Positions 50,050-63,895 of a DNA stretch of 64,000 nucleotides are shown here, one piece after another. The stretch lies in the NCBI GenBank assembly GCA_013265495.1, contig MU058584.1, positions 1,152,616-1,216,615 on the forward strand, given 5' to 3'. Source of the DNA: Vicugna vicugna (lineage: Eukaryota). The stretch's first letter is position 1, and each line of letters starts with the position of its first letter. The notes beneath the pieces were generated by a model. The model had not been told where the DNA came from. It worked only from the letters and a program-made list of their open reading frames with translations, and searched no databases. The translations under genes were made by a program, and so were the position numbers.

Positions 50050-51005
50050 TCACTTAAAACTCAACAATAAGGAAACAAACAGCCGAGTTTAAACATGGGC
50101 AAAAGATCTGAAGAGACCCCTCGCCGAAGAGGATATACAGATAGGAAATAACCATAGGAAAAGATAAGCTACCTCATACGAAAAACAGTGAGATTAGAAT
50201 GGCCAGAATTCAAACCACTGACAATACCGATGCTGACGGAAGTACAGAGCAACGGGAATGCCACTCATTGCTGCTGGAGATGCAGAAAGGTGAAACCACT
50301 GTGGAAGACAGTTTGGCAGTTTCTTACAGATTTAGACATTCTCCTACATATGATACAGCAATCACGGTCCTAAATATGTACCCAATTAAGTGGAAAACAT
50401 CCTGCCACACAAAAAGCTGCATATTCGTACTTATGTAGCTTTATTCATAATTCCCTTTGTTGCCCCAGCAGCAACTAAGATGTTCTTCAGTAGATGAATG
50501 GATAAATACATAAACCGTGGTACACTTCCAGTGGTGGAATATTATTCAGCACTAAAAAGAAATGAGCTATCAAACCACAAAAAAAAAAGACATGATGAAA
50601 TCTTAAATGCTTATTATTAAATAAAAGAAGCCAATTTGAAAAGGCTACATACTTTTGATTCCAACCGTAAGACATACTGGAAAAGGCAGAACTATAGAGA
50701 CTGTAAGGGTTGGGGAGAGAGGGATGAACAAGCAGTGCACACAGGATTTTTAGGACAGTGAAACTATTTGCTATAAATACAATAGAGAATTCCTGTCATT
50801 ATACATTTGTCAAGACCTATACAGTGTACAACATAAAGAATAAACCCTAATGTAAACTATGGACTTTGGTTGATAATGTTTCAGTGTCTGTTCTTTGATT
50901 GTAACAAATGTACCGCACTGCAGAGATGTGGGAACTCTCTACCTTGCACTCAAGTTTGCTCCAAACCTTAAAGGCTCTAAAAAAACAAAGTTGATTGATT
51001 TAAAA
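50050..51005 (+). mobile_element. L1MC-type 3' end
   Basis: aaactcaacaataagg...ggcaaaagatctgaa...tggaagacagtttggcagtttctta...aaccctaatgtaaactatggactttgg...gggaactctctaccttgcactcaag. Confidence 0.85.
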
Positions 51006-52199
51006 ATATATATACAGATATTGATCTCATCAGTCATGTTTGCTGTCATAAAGAAGTCTATATGATTGCAAAATATTTCCCATATTGTGTGAACATTATT
51101 ATAGACCACATCATCATCATTAAACACTCATCTGGGATAGGTATGCCTGGTAAGATTGTGAAAATACAAATACACTGATTAAAAAGCAAACAAACAAACA
51201 AAAGCACAAAAACCCACTCATCTGTGTAAGGTGCCCTCCTAGGTGCCACACAAACGACTTTAATTAAAACAAATATAATCCCTACAGCTTGAGAATCAAG
51301 TTCACTCAAATAATCCTATCTTAAAAAGAAAATTAACTGATACTTTATGTTTTAAATTTAAAGAATAAATGGAACAGATGGATCCTATTCTATTGACACC
51401 TTCATTGACCTTTATAAATTATCAAGTGTATAAGGGGAATCCTAAAGAACATTGATTCAACCAAGCTTACATTTCTCATTTGTTAATTTAAACTAGATCT
51501 GGTTATATATACTTATAATTTTTAGATATTCTTTATATGTGATGACTCAGGTCTTGGCCATGGATTTCAGTTACATTTTACCTTTGTCGTTTAATTTGTA
51601 ACTTTGTTTATTGCGTCTTTTTATTTTCCAAATAATTATGAGTCAGTGTTTATACCCTTTTGGTGAAAGTTTCTGTCTTGGTGTAATGTTGTATTTTCTT
51701 TTAGTTCCTTACATGGTTTATGGTTTTAGATTTATATCTTCAGTTCACCTGAAATTTATTTTTCAGATGGAATTGCTAAAATGCTTTGCTAATTATCTTC
51801 ACTACACAGCTTCTTTGTTAACAAAAAATAAGGGCACCTGTTTTTCTGCAACATGAACATGTTGCTGCCTCTATCAGATAATAAGACTCAACGATTCAAT
51901 CCATCTTCCCTGCGAAACAGAACAAAAACCACTTACGCCTTTACACGTACGCCTTTTTTGGATGAAGAAACACTGGTTGCTGTAGAATGTCCCCTGGAAG
52001 ATGTCATCACTCAGCACTTACTTCACTTCAGAGAGGAGACATGTGGGGCCTAGAACAGAGCACTACTGATATCTTTGCATATACTTTTTCCTGTAAATTA
52101 TAATATTAAACAAAATCGTTATTGAAGACTAACATTTGCACACACATATATACGCTAATTAAAACTATGAGTCTATAAAATGAGCATATTCTATGGAAT

Positions 52200-52480
52200 G
52201 TTTCCTGAGCATATTTGTTTGCTGGGACTATTGTTTCTTTCTTTCTTTGCTTTACTGGACATCTCTTTCCTGGGATAAATAACATTCCACAGAATTCACT
52301 CTGGGAAATAATGCTGGGAGAGGCACAGAGGACCTGGAAACTTGATGACATCATTAAGCCACTGATGAAAATAATCCTGAACCTGAATTCTACCATTGTT
52401 TGAGACTTCTTACGTATGATGAATTCTTATTGCTTAAAACTGCTTGAATCAGGGCTTCTGTTATTTGTAATGAAAACCAA
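52200..52480 (+). mobile_element. Old MaLR LTR fragment (MLT1-type)
   Basis: cttgatgacatcattaagccactg...ttattgcttaaaactgcttgaatcagggcttctgttatttgtaatgaaaacc resembles an MLT1 3' end. Confidence 0.5.
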
Positions 52481-52761
52481 CAGATGAGGACTCAGAGCCG
52501 GGTGTGTGAGTAACACATTCTAAGATGCAGAATGAGGTGTAGGAGGCTGGACGCGGGGCAGTATGAAACCCACTTCATAATGCTGGCTTGTGTTGACCAT
52601 TTGTTGTGGATCTGTTCAAGACAGACACAAGCTTATTCCAAAAGTAGCCAATTTGAAAAGAGGTGGGAAATGTGGCCTAGCTATCGTCTGCAGACCAGGA
52701 GGACTGAGAGGCTGATCACTTGCAGGTATGCAAAACTGGTTAGAAAAACTGAATCTGGAAC

Positions 52762-53305
52762 CATGAGTTCTTAATCTGGTCTCCCTATATCTCAGGTGCT
52801 TTGAGGCTCTGAAAACAAAATTCAGCACACATGTGTACTTGGATGCAGGAAAAAATTACATCGTTCCTTTCATTACCCCCTAATTGAAAATTAGTATTTC
52901 CTTTCATTATAAATGGAGACGAAACAAACAGACCAACCCACAGGTGGATTCTATGTGATTCAATTTGTCATCCATAGAATTCAGATAATTTTGTGTCATA
53001 TTATAGTTCTTACAGATGTCTCAGAATACTATCTAAATACTTAATTACTTTGAAATTTCAGTAGACTCACTGCTAGATATTGATTTAATTTTGAGTGTCC
53101 TAAATATTAATTTTCAAGAATTGATAAACACCTATTTATCAGAAATACATTTTTAACATTTTCACAACTGTACATCAATCTAATTTTCCTATAAACTTAT
53201 ACATTTTATTTTATGGACTTAAAAACATTATTCCATTATTCTGTGTCTGTGAGCGTCATCAAAGTTCCAAAGGGGTTTGTGGCACAAAAAAGGTTAAGGG
53301 CATTT
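52762..53305 (+). mobile_element. hAT-Charlie DNA transposon fossil (Charlie4-like)
   Basis: Termini gagttcttaatctgg ... ccaaaggggtttgtggcacaaaaaaggttaag; internal aaaaattacatc...gaaaattagtatttcc. Confidence 0.6.
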
Positions 53306-54679
53306 ACCTATAGTAAAATTCATGAGAGAGGGGATGGGAAAACAGGAAATTTAGAAATGGGATTGTGGTAAAAGACAAATGTTGCCTCAGCCCACTCCCT
53401 AATAAGTGTTCTCCACCCTACAAAAGGGACAAAGGTATTTATTGCGAAGACGCATCTGGGAAACAGCTGGGGACCAAGAAGTGGATTACGGTGGTGCTTC
53501 CACACCCAAAAGTATTGTTTATAATCTTTCAAATTGAGGTCATTCATGTGAAAGCCAGAAGGATGGGCTGAAGTCAAAAGCTTGTTGCTAGGAGCCTGGA
53601 ATTCTCAACTCAAAAGATGCTATCTGGACAGATTTATGACTCTGAGTGTTAAGTGGATTAGCAGCTGAGTTTTTATAATATTTTGATTTTTTATTCTTTA
53701 CTGAAGTGTAGTAAGTGTAAAGAAAAGGGTTACAAGGGTACATACAGACCTATACATTTTCAAACGGAACACACCTACATAACCAGGGCCCAGGTTAAGA
53801 GAAACGAAGCATTAAGAACGCCTCAGAAGCCCACCCCGCCTGCTCCGTTCCAGTCACGCTCCCCTGTTCTAACTCCCAACAGCATAGTTTCATTTGCCTG
53901 TTCCCATACTTTTTATAGCAACAGGATCATACAGTGTACTCTTGTGTCAGTCTCCTTTATTAAGTTTGCGAAACGAGTCCACATTTTTGCACGTTTGTTC
54001 AGTTGCCTTGTTGTGTAAGAAGAAGCTCTCAAAGTGTTTTCTAGGGATTCCTGGGGTTCCTGGGACCTGTTCAGGGTGTCCACGAGGTCTGAATCACTTG
54101 CATAGTAATGCTAAAATGCCATTTGCATTTTTGCTCCCATTCTGTCATGCCCCACGGAGAGGCACTGAAGGCTCAGAACAAGACCTCTGAGGAGCAAGCC
54201 TGCCTCAGGGATCCACTGTGGTTTCTGAGATGTGCCTCCTCCCCCCACCCTACCCCCCGCCACTAAACATGCTCAACGTGTTGGCCACAGAATGTTCTGT
54301 GACTTGACTCTTGGTGAAACAAAAGCCAATCATGTGTACAAAGAACAGCTAAACTGCAGAATTACTCTCTTCTGATCAACAATAGAAAAATGATTACAAA
54401 CGGTGCTGAGTTTTATGTGACGTGTGAGTCTGTGAGGATGATTGCTGTCGTGTCCGGCTGAAAATCGGGTTTTATTGTTATCCGTGCTTAATTCTCCTAA
54501 GAGACAGAACTAAATAAACTGCTTGCTTACTCGTAACTGCCCTTCAAGGCCGAAAGTTGTTTCGCCCTCCTCATCCACTTTAGTTTTTCTTAAAAATCAT
54601 CATTATAAATGTTGGTCATTTATTTAAGTGATGTGAGTGACAAGCTAGCAGGAGTGACAGTCCTAAGTGAAAACCAGAG

Positions 54680-55050
54680 CCCACCACTGTCAGTCTCTCC
54701 ACTGCTAGCAGCCTGCACCAAGCCACCATCATCTCTCACGTGAATTAATGATTTAGCCTTCTAAATGCTGTCCATTTCTACATACTTCTTGTGACCCTTT
54801 TAATCTGCTTAATGCAGCCACCAGAGTGATCACGTTGTGTTAAAAGCTAGGTCAGAGTACAGTTACACACATACACAGACATTCTGTCCTTACTCTCTTC
54901 CCGATTTATTGTCTGATTCCTCCCACTAAGATCTGAGTTGCATAAGGGCAGGGATTTCCATCTCTTTCTCACATTGCTGAATTCCCAGCCTCTCCCAGAT
55001 ACCTGGCTCACAGTAGGTCATTAACAAGCATTCATCAAATTAATAATTAG
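54680..55050 (+). mobile_element. L2 3' region
   Basis: ccaagccaccatcatctctcac...gcagccaccagagtgatc...cataagggcagggattt...cctggctcacagtagg. Confidence 0.7.
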
Positions 55051-55434
55051 ATGAGCAAATGGCATATTATAAACCTGGGCTTTAAATCTAATTACTGGCT
55101 GGTTGGAAGCAAGCCTCTTCACCTCTTTGTTCCTGAATTTATTCCTCTGGAAAATAAGGTCATGATATTCCCGTCTAATTCATTGCTATTTCATGCTTAA
55201 CAGAGAATTCATGCTTACAAAGGCTTTTGAACTTCTCGATTAAGAGCACTGAAACATGAGATGTTCATATTTAGGGGTAAAATGAACATAACCAGGACTT
55301 TTCTTCCTACCTCAAAGGATTGCTGTGAACTTTGAGAGAGCATGAAACACAACATATGCAATAAACATTGGTTTCCTTTCTCTTTATTCTCCTGTCAGGT
55401 CAAAAAATAAATAAATAAATAAAAGCTACAATGC

Positions 55435-55579
55435 TTTTTTTTTTTTTTCCCCAGGGGGAAGGGAGGTAATTTATTTATTTTACCTATTTATCGTATTTTT
55501 AGAGGAGGTACTGGGGATTGAACCCAGGACCTTGTGCATGTTAAGCATGTGTTCCCACTTGACCTATACCCTCCTCTCC
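55435..55579 (-). mobile_element. vic-1-like camelid SINE, long form
   Basis: ggaggtactggggattgaacccaggaccttgtgcatgttaagcatg...tataccctcc, plus 3' extension gggaggtaatt and poly-T. Confidence 0.8.
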
Positions 55580-57327
55580 AAAATTTAAAATGTTAATACC
55601 AATAGTAACAACAGGAGCTATTTTTATTTTGTCTCTAAGTCTAAAATACCAAGGTTTTAATGGTTTTCCTCCCACACGGGCTAAGTATTTAGCTCACGGT
55701 TGACTCCACCCACATCAGCAGTACATGGCTGTCAACGAGAGCCTCTTTATCCTACTTTAAAAGCTGTCTAAGGTTCAGGCTCTGATGACAGTTGGTTCAG
55801 TGACACTACATTGTCACTAAATTATGTTCACCATTAATTCTGTCTGTAAAGGATAAAACACTTATAAGCCCTTATCGTTGACCTGCAGGAGCTCATAGTA
55901 TATTGGGTTTACATAAAAAGAAATGCACAATATATGGACTAGTTAGAAGGGACTCCCTTTAAAACAGTGTTCTGATTGTTTGGTTATTTCTAGACAGGTT
56001 TCTCCGTGTCACGTAAGAGTCCTAACAAGATCTGTTCATGAGGCTGCCATCCGGAAAAATCAATACAGACTCACACATCACAAGACAGTCAACCGTGTTT
56101 ATAATCGTTTTTCCTATTATTGACTATGAGATGGCAACTCTGCACTTTATATGGAGTATGTTCAAGTTATTGACACGTGTGTCACTGGCAAATCAAGTCA
56201 GGAAACATTTTCTGGCCACCGCAGCAGGGTAGGGTGGGTGGGAGGAACTGCAGGCAGTCAGGAGCTGAGACTGACCAGGAGAGGCCCAAAGCATAAAGAG
56301 ATCATTTAGAGAAATCTTTCTGACATCCTTCTCACTCTTTCTAATATTAAATGATAACAAGTAATACTGAAGAAATTTACCTCGTGGGGGTCCCTGACAA
56401 CCATATAATCCTGTCCATGTGCACAGTGTTCTAAAACGTGTAAGATGCCCTTAAGAAGTATGCTTACATAATTAGATCTGCTGTAACTAGGGTGGTTATG
56501 ATTATTTTTTCTCATTTTACAGGCGAGGAGACAGAGGCATGGACGTGAGAGTGGCCCTTCTAACGTGCGTGTACAAATAAGAGACAGAGCCCGTGTTCGT
56601 ATTATGAGGGACTGGGAAGGATGACTTCTGGGATGAAGGGACAGAGAACCTCAGCTTCGTGATCTCCAAATGTAATCTCTTGGGAAAAACCACTTTGCCT
56701 GGAGAATTTAACAATAGTAAAGCAAACAATGTTCTAGGAATAAACATTGGGTCTATTTTTAGTCCAATGGTATGCACAAGGCTACAGTAAGTCTAAAGGA
56801 ATGTGTTTTGTATGATGAAGAATAAACTGAACTTATTTGGTGCTGTTTCCTTTTACCCACGTCCTCACCCTTGAGTCCTTAGGGCTGTTTATGCTTATTA
56901 AGGCTCTGTTAACTTAGGCACTGGGAACAAACAAATGGTAAAATCAAACAAAGGCTAAATGGAAAAGTTCTTCTCTTCGGTGTTGAAATTGGTGACAAAG
57001 CATTTAGAGAAAATCAGAACGTCCACCTCCCCTCGCTACTGCTCCACGTGCAGAAGAAGAACGCTTTCACAGCTCCAGTAGTCGACATAACTTAAAAGAC
57101 GTGTTTGTCGTATTGAAGGGCACAATCAGAGAGGTTGAAACGCAGAGAAAATTAGTTCAAGAGTCGTAATCCGGTGACCCATAAGGTCGAACTGACCTGC
57201 TGATATGGATTTTTGTTTGTTTGTTTTGGTTTTCTGGTCCTTAGGAGTCTTTAAAACGAGATTTGAATGCAGTAGGCGGGGCATGCATTATCCTGTTTAT
57301 CATTGTTTCTACCACTATTCAAAAACA

Positions 57328-58890
57328 CTTTTTATTTTGAAGTTGTTTGAAAGCTCTGTAAGAACTGTAAGAACAATAAAGCACTTCTTCATATCCTTGT
57401 TCTATGCACAAGCATACAGAAACATCCATTTTTTTTCTAAATCATTTGAGAGTATGTTGCAAATACAATAGCCCCTTACTTCCTAGTAATTCAATATGCA
57501 TTTCCCCAAAACAGGGCATTCTCCTCTAAAACCACTGTACATGATCAAACTCAGAAGACTTAGTACCAATATAATATTATCATTTATTATATGGTCTATA
57601 TTCAAATTTTACGTTCTCTATATAATTTTTCCCACTAATTCAGGATCCAATCCAAAATCTCTAATTCTTTTCTTCCTTTTTTTTTTCAGTTGGCTGGACT
57701 CTTTAGTTCTTTTGCCTTTTAGGACTTTGATATTTTTGGAGAGTGAAGGTCAGTTTTTAGAATGTCCCTCAATTTGTTTGTTTTTTTGTTTGTTTGTTTG
57801 TTTTACTATTTCTTCATAATTAGATTCAGGTTGTACATCTTAGACAGGAATACTGTGAGTGATGTTTTGTTCTTTTTAGCGCATCATATCAAGAGGCACA
57901 AGATTGGTGGCTGTAACTTTGTACCATTGTGTGTCCCATTATTGGTGACACTAACTTTGATTGCTTGATTAAAATGATGTCTGTGAGGTTTTTCCATAGT
58001 TAAGTTTAACCATTGCTTCTCTTTGTAACTGACAAGTGACATGTGGGGAGATATTTGGGAATTGTGTAAGTATCGTATTCCTAATTAAAATTTCACCAAA
58101 TGCTTTGCCATCTATTGCTGATTCATGAGTAGGCAAATTCTTTGCCTCAGTGGGGGGAAGGATTCCCTGGAAATTTCTATGTGAACAATCATGTTATTTT
58201 AAAATACATATTTAAGTCAATTAATAGATATTTATTCATTTCCAACACCAACACTTTTATTTATATTTCTTAACTTACTACTTGCTAGGACCTGAACTAC
58301 AATGATGAATAGAAGAGCTAAGAAATATCCCTGCTTTATTTTGGATCCTAAGGAAAAAACATTCTGTCTGTTCAGTGTAGGATTTTAACGGATGTTCTTT
58401 ATCAGAGGAAGTTCTTTTCTGTTAGTATTTTTCTGAGTATTTCTTAATTATAAATCAGCATCAAATGTTCAATTCTAATGCATCTACTGAGATGACCATA
58501 TTTTCTACTTTTGTTTTATTTAGGTAGCAAATTATTGTTTGATTGTTTTTAGACCAATCTTGCATTTCTGAGATTAAACTGACTTGGCACTGATATATTT
58601 TTTTGTCTCATATATTGCTTGACTCAATTTTCCAATATTTCCTAGGCATATTTGCATGTATGTTCATGAGGAATATTGGCCTAAAACTTGTAATAAATAT
58701 ACTTTGTTATTTACATCACAATTTTGCTGACATCAAAAAACGAGATGTGAAGTATGGTCTTCCTTCTTTATTTTAGGAAGCATTTGTGTAGAATGGCTTT
58801 ATTTCTTTCATAAATACTACAGAATTCACTCATGAAGCCATCAGAGCCAGGGGTTTTCTTTGGTAGAAAATTTTTGTTAACAGACTCGAT
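57328..58890 (-). mobile_element. Old L1 (L1MC-type) 3' end and ORF2 fragments
   Basis: ttttattttgaag..., gaaggtcagtttttagaatgtccctcaattt, gcatcatatcaagaggcac, tgcatctactgagatgaccata, tgttcatgaggaatattggcct. Confidence 0.75.
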
Positions 58891-58894
58891 TTCT

Positions 58895-60480
58895 GCTTTA
58901 GCTATCTATTGCTTTGTAATAAAGCACACAAAAACTTAGAGGTTTAAAATAATAACAATATATTATTTTGCAAATTTCTGTGAATTGTCTGACTTTTGTC
59001 CAGGCTGAGCTGGGAGTCCCAAGACAGCTTCACTCCTAAGTATGATAGTTGGTGCTGGCTGATGGCTCAGCCTTTTCCTCCGTGTTTTCTTTCTTCCCGG
59101 GAAGTCTCAGAAGAGTTTCAAAAGATTAAAGGTGGAAGTTGCATAATATCACTTTCTGGTATTCTGCCAGGCCTCAGAAGTTACACACCATCACTCCTGC
59201 CACGTTTTGTCAAACAAAGCAAATCACCACTGGCAAGGGCCATTCCAGATTCAAGAGAGGGGAGTGACTCTGCTTCTGAATAGAAAGGGTAAAGGGACAT
59301 GCAGAATATAAGGAGTCATTGCAGCTAGCTTTGCAAATAGTCTACCACAGTCAACGAAGGCCAGAATAATTCATATTCCTCCCACATGCAAATTATAGTG
59401 ACTCCTTTTTCATATCCCAAAATTTCATCCAATCAGAGCATCAGGCTTAATGTCCATGATCTCCTCACATAAATCTGGTCCAGATCTCGATGAAGCACCT
59501 TGGTTGTAGTCTGTCAAGTGCAGCTCCTCCAGTACTGCTCCTTTTCATACAGGGACCTGTGAACTACAATGACCTTCTCTCCTCCCACACATACAAGATA
59601 GAACGTTGAATAGCAGTAGGATACTGACCATAGATACTCTCATAAAGAGAGACAAAGGACAAGAAACTCATGGAACTACTGGTCCGTGGCAATTCTCACC
59701 CCCAAATATGTACCTGTTAATTCCACCTTCTACAACAGTAGAGAATGTTCCTTGATTAGGGCCCAGTGCTAATCCCTGAGAAGAGTTCCTTAACCCATTC
59801 TTCTCATCTCTTGGTCTTTCTCTCTGGGAATTGATACTACCATCTAGAGATCTTTCTTTTTTTGTAAGGAATGGCTGCGTTTGTAGCTGAGTAGTTTTTT
59901 CAGCATACTTCCAGCCTGTAGAAAGTCAAGGTCTCAGAGATCTGTTTCATTTTCCATCATCTTTGACCCTTCTTAGTATAATCTCATAGCAGCACTTCCT
60001 TAAAAATGTTGTAGGCTTTCTATGTATCAGGTTATAGTTCATTCCAAAAGATACAATCCATTCCCACCATCCCTTTTAAGACAGGCTGCCCCCTACTTGG
60101 AGCAGGAAGTCAAGACAACGCCTTTGTGATTCTTAGCCTCTCTTTGGCTTAGCTAAGAGAGTCGAGTGAGTATCATCTTACATCTTTCAAAGCATTTTAA
60201 GAAAGGGTTTTACAGTCTTGCCTTTGATTTTATCTATATTCTGGGGCCACTTCTTACTTTGAGAAACTTACACTAGTTAAAGAGCCTGGAAAGGCGGAAA
60301 AGTTTCATTGTCTACCCCAATATATCCTGGGTCCATGTCTCCTCTGAATTCTGTTTGGAAACTGTTACTGCTTTACATTGTCTTTCTCTTTCCTACCTCA
60401 TGCAGCTTAAAAGAAGTGATCATTTCAAACTTCTGCTTGGAAAACTTCTTAACCTTGCCTTGTGGCACTCCAGTTTTCAC
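58895..60480 (-). mobile_element. MaLR element: MLT1-type 3' LTR (~58895-59349) plus adjoining internal sequence
   Basis: agctatctattgctttgtaataaagcac...aaaacttagaggtttaaaataa (LTR 3' end reversed), ...tctaccaca (TGTGGTAG start), then MLT1-int-like catattcctcccacatgcaaa...catcaggcttaatgtcca...tctggtccagat. Confidence 0.6.
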
Positions 60481-60779
60481 ACAAAATGCAGAATAATCCT
60501 AGTAAAAGTTCATGGCAGTGATCCACTACTAACTCAAATAGTGTTTTTGAGTGAGTTTTAAAAAGCTGTCTCTTCCTGAAGATGTTTACTGACATCTGAT
60601 GGAAAACTGTAACAAATATACATATCTATGATGGCTACAAGTGGGAATGGCAGCCCCTGAAGTTGTGCAATGCAAAATCACATAACGATTCCCCTGGTTT
60701 TGCATTATTCCGTGCTCAAAACCTTCCCATGGCTTCCCTTCACTTTAAGAAAGCAATAAAATTGAAAGTCCTTACCTTC

Positions 60780-61645
60780 TTGTATGCAGAATATATAAAG
60801 ACTTCCTACAAACTAATAGTATAATTTGGCAACTTACTTGGATAGACTCTCTACAAAGAAAGATATAAAAATGGCCAATGAGCACATGAAAAATATTCAA
60901 CATCAGTAAGTGTCAGAAAAATGCACATTAAAACTCTAATGAGAGTTCTATACATCCACTAGAATGCCTAAAAAGATGAAAGGCTGACAACTCCAAATGT
61001 TGGAGAGTATGTGGAAAACCAGAACTCTGATGTGTTGCTGAAGGAAACAAAGAAGGGTACAATTACTTTAGAAAACTGTCTAGCTGTTTTGTTCCATTTA
61101 AAGTCAAAAATACACTTACCTTGTGACCCAGAAATTCCACTTCTAAATATTTACCCAAGAGTAATGAAAAGACATGTCAACACAATGACTTATATGTCAT
61201 AACACAGAAACTGGAAATAATTCAAAAACAATATTAATGAAAGTAGATAAATAATTGTTGTATGTTCACACTTTGGAATGCTAATTATTTAGAAGTAAAA
61301 AGAATAGACTAATGATACATGCAAGAACACGGATAAATTTCAAACACATATTGGGGAAACAAAGCCTTACCAAAAGAACACATGCTCACGCTATGATTCC
61401 ATTCAGATGAAGTTTTAGAACAGGTGAAATTAAGCCACGGTAGAAAAAAATCGGACCGTATGCTTCAGGGGGCAGGATGGAGACTGGCTGGAAGTGGGCA
61501 TGAAGGAAATTTTAGGGATAATGGAAACATTCTATATTGTTTCTGAGATGAGGTTACATGGGTGAATATAATCAAAATGTATCTAATTCTCTACCTAAGA
61601 TTTGAGCATTTCACTGTATATAAACTTTACCTAAATTAAAAAAGA
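60780..61645 (+). mobile_element. Old L1 3' end inserted into an L2
   Basis: cagaatatataaagacttcctacaa...aatggccaatgagcacatgaaaa...gacccagaaattccacttcta...tatgattccattca. L2 sequence flanks it at ~60690-60775 and ~61650-62090. Confidence 0.8.
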
Positions 61646-61649
61646 ATCA

Positions 61650-62090
61650 GTGCCTGTCTGACACGATCTTTCTTCTGGCTTCCTCTCTGATCTCATATCC
61701 TCCCACTTTAATCCCAGCTCAGACTCACCAAATACACTTACCCAGCCTTTGCACTTGCTCTTCTCTTTGCCTGGAACACTCTTCCCAAAATATCTTCATG
61801 GTTTTCATTCTTGCTTCCTTCAGGTTTCTGCTAACCTGTCATCAGTTGAGAGATTCCTGATTACTCTTTCAGAAATTATGTCTGTTCCTCAACTTCTCCT
61901 GACACGATATGACTTTATTTTTCTTCTATAATGCCTCCTGTTGTATTACTTGTTAATTTGTTCACCTGTTTTCTTTTCATACTAGAATGTAAGTTTAATG
62001 ATGGTGGGGATTTTTGTTGTTGCTGTTCATCACTGTATTCCAAGTACTTAAAACAATGTCTGGCACAGAATAGGCACTCAGAAATGCATT
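61650..62090 (+). mobile_element. L2 3' region
   Basis: gcctttgcacttgctcttctctttgcctggaacactcttccc...actagaatgtaag...tgttcatcactgtattcc...tctggcacagaataggcactcagaaat. Confidence 0.75.
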
Positions 62091-62540
62091 GTCTTCTGGT
62101 CTAAACATCTCCAGGAGACTTTTCCTCATTGCTCTGAAATCTTTTCCAGTAAGACTGCATCTTGTCTCTATGAGGGCTCCCCTTGCCTGCAGCACCTGGG
62201 TTTAAATTGTTTTCTTATAATAAATGTATTCCTCCAACCCATGTTTCAGACTATAGTTTTGCTACTTTACTGTGTCCTTCCAGGCAGGCATGGGTGAAAC
62301 ATATGCAGCTCAAGACCATGGGCTACGTCTCCTCTCATTATTTGAATTCTAATTCAGTTTGTGGCTAGAATCAGACCACTAAGTTGTTGATCCAATTCAT
62401 TTGTTAAATGAAAGTGAATAAAATGATCAGGCTGACCAGGTTTTAATGTGGCCATTCAATTCTTAGATGTTCAATTTAAGATAGAAAACACTGACACGAG
62501 TAGACATTCATGTATAAAAATAAGTTTAAAGTATTTGGTT

Positions 62541-62677
62541 CTTTTTTTTTTTTTTACATGAAAGGGAGGTAATTAGGTTTCTTCATTGATTTCCGCTTGG
62601 AGGAGGCACTGGGGATTGAACCCCGGACCTCTTGGGTGCTGAGCATGTGCTCTGTCACTTGAGCAATACCCTTCCCC
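62541..62677 (-). mobile_element. vic-1-like camelid SINE, long form
   Basis: ggaggcactggggattgaaccccggacc...gagcatgtgctct...gagcaatacccttcccc with gggaggtaattagg extension. 12-bp TSD ttaaa(g/a)tatttg at 62526-62537 and 62679-62690. Confidence 0.8.
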
Positions 62678-63895
62678 ATTAAAATATTTGAAATAGAAAA
62701 GGATCCAATATTTCATTGGAGATGGAGGATTGGCCAGTGGCTATAATTAACGGAGAACTTTAGTTGACCTTCTGGGGATACAATTAATCATTATTAAGAA
62801 AATGAATGTCTGTATAAGAACAGTGCTTTTATTAAGCATTGTATGCTACAGACTAAACTAGATGAATTATTTCTAACACACTGATCTCCAACACCTCATG
62901 CTACTTCACATTTCATAGGGACCTCTGGGACCAAGGAAGTGGGACATTGAATTGAATTTCTCCATTATGCAGAAAGATCCTTCTTGAAAAACAAAAACTT
63001 GTCCTTAAAATGCTTGACTCCTGCTTTATAGGTGAGTTCAATTACAGTTTTGACCTAAATGTCTAAGTTAGTGGCTCCATGAAGACAGATAGTAGATCAA
63101 ACATGGCATATTGTTTGAATACATCAGAAAAAAATGAACATTTTGGTTATCTTATGGCATAAATACATTCCGTGCAATGTTAAAATGAAGTATAGTCATG
63201 GGCAACATTAGCGAATATCTGATTCAACTCAACAGACATTTTCCGAGCATGTGCTAAGCATCAAGCAAGGCATTATGAATACAAAATGAGCCAGATATTG
63301 TTCCTATGCTTAAAAGGCACACGGGTGGAAGGGAGTTGTGAGATAAGGCAGAGATACACACGAGTGAGTATTATACTCGTAGGCAAACTTTGAAGCACAC
63401 CATAATCAAATTAGTGCACACTCAGAAAATGCAAAGACAGGCTCCATTTTAAATGTTTCACTTGAGTCTTAAAAGATGTTTAAGACTTAGGACAGATGAA
63501 GAATTTCAGGCAAGAGGGATATTATCAAGAAATAAGGTGCACAGGCAAGCATATTGGTGGGATGGCGGTAGCCTACTCTGATAAGAACCTGGAATTGGAA
63601 GGAAGAGGTAATGAGATATGAGGTTGAAAAATTAAGCAGAAGGGAAGTTGATAAAGAGGGCTGAGGAGTTAAGGCTTTATCACATTTTCCATAGGAAACT
63701 GCCAAAGTTTCCTGACAGCAGTGGTGATGTGGTCACATCTGTGTAATAAAAAATTACCTCCATAAAAGTGTGTTGGTTGGACTGTGGGAAGGAGAGAAGA
63801 AAGGCTGTCTCTGCAGTTAGCTGCAGATCACGATGAGTGGTGATAGTTCTACTATGTGCTACCAAATAATCTATGTTCAAGAGACTAGAGATACA

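Noticed and set aside
219..52670. Scattered GTGGGAA (RBPJ-like) motifs as Notch response elements
   Set aside because: Isolated occurrences with no paired-site arrangement or clustering at the promoter; indistinguishable from background without conservation data.
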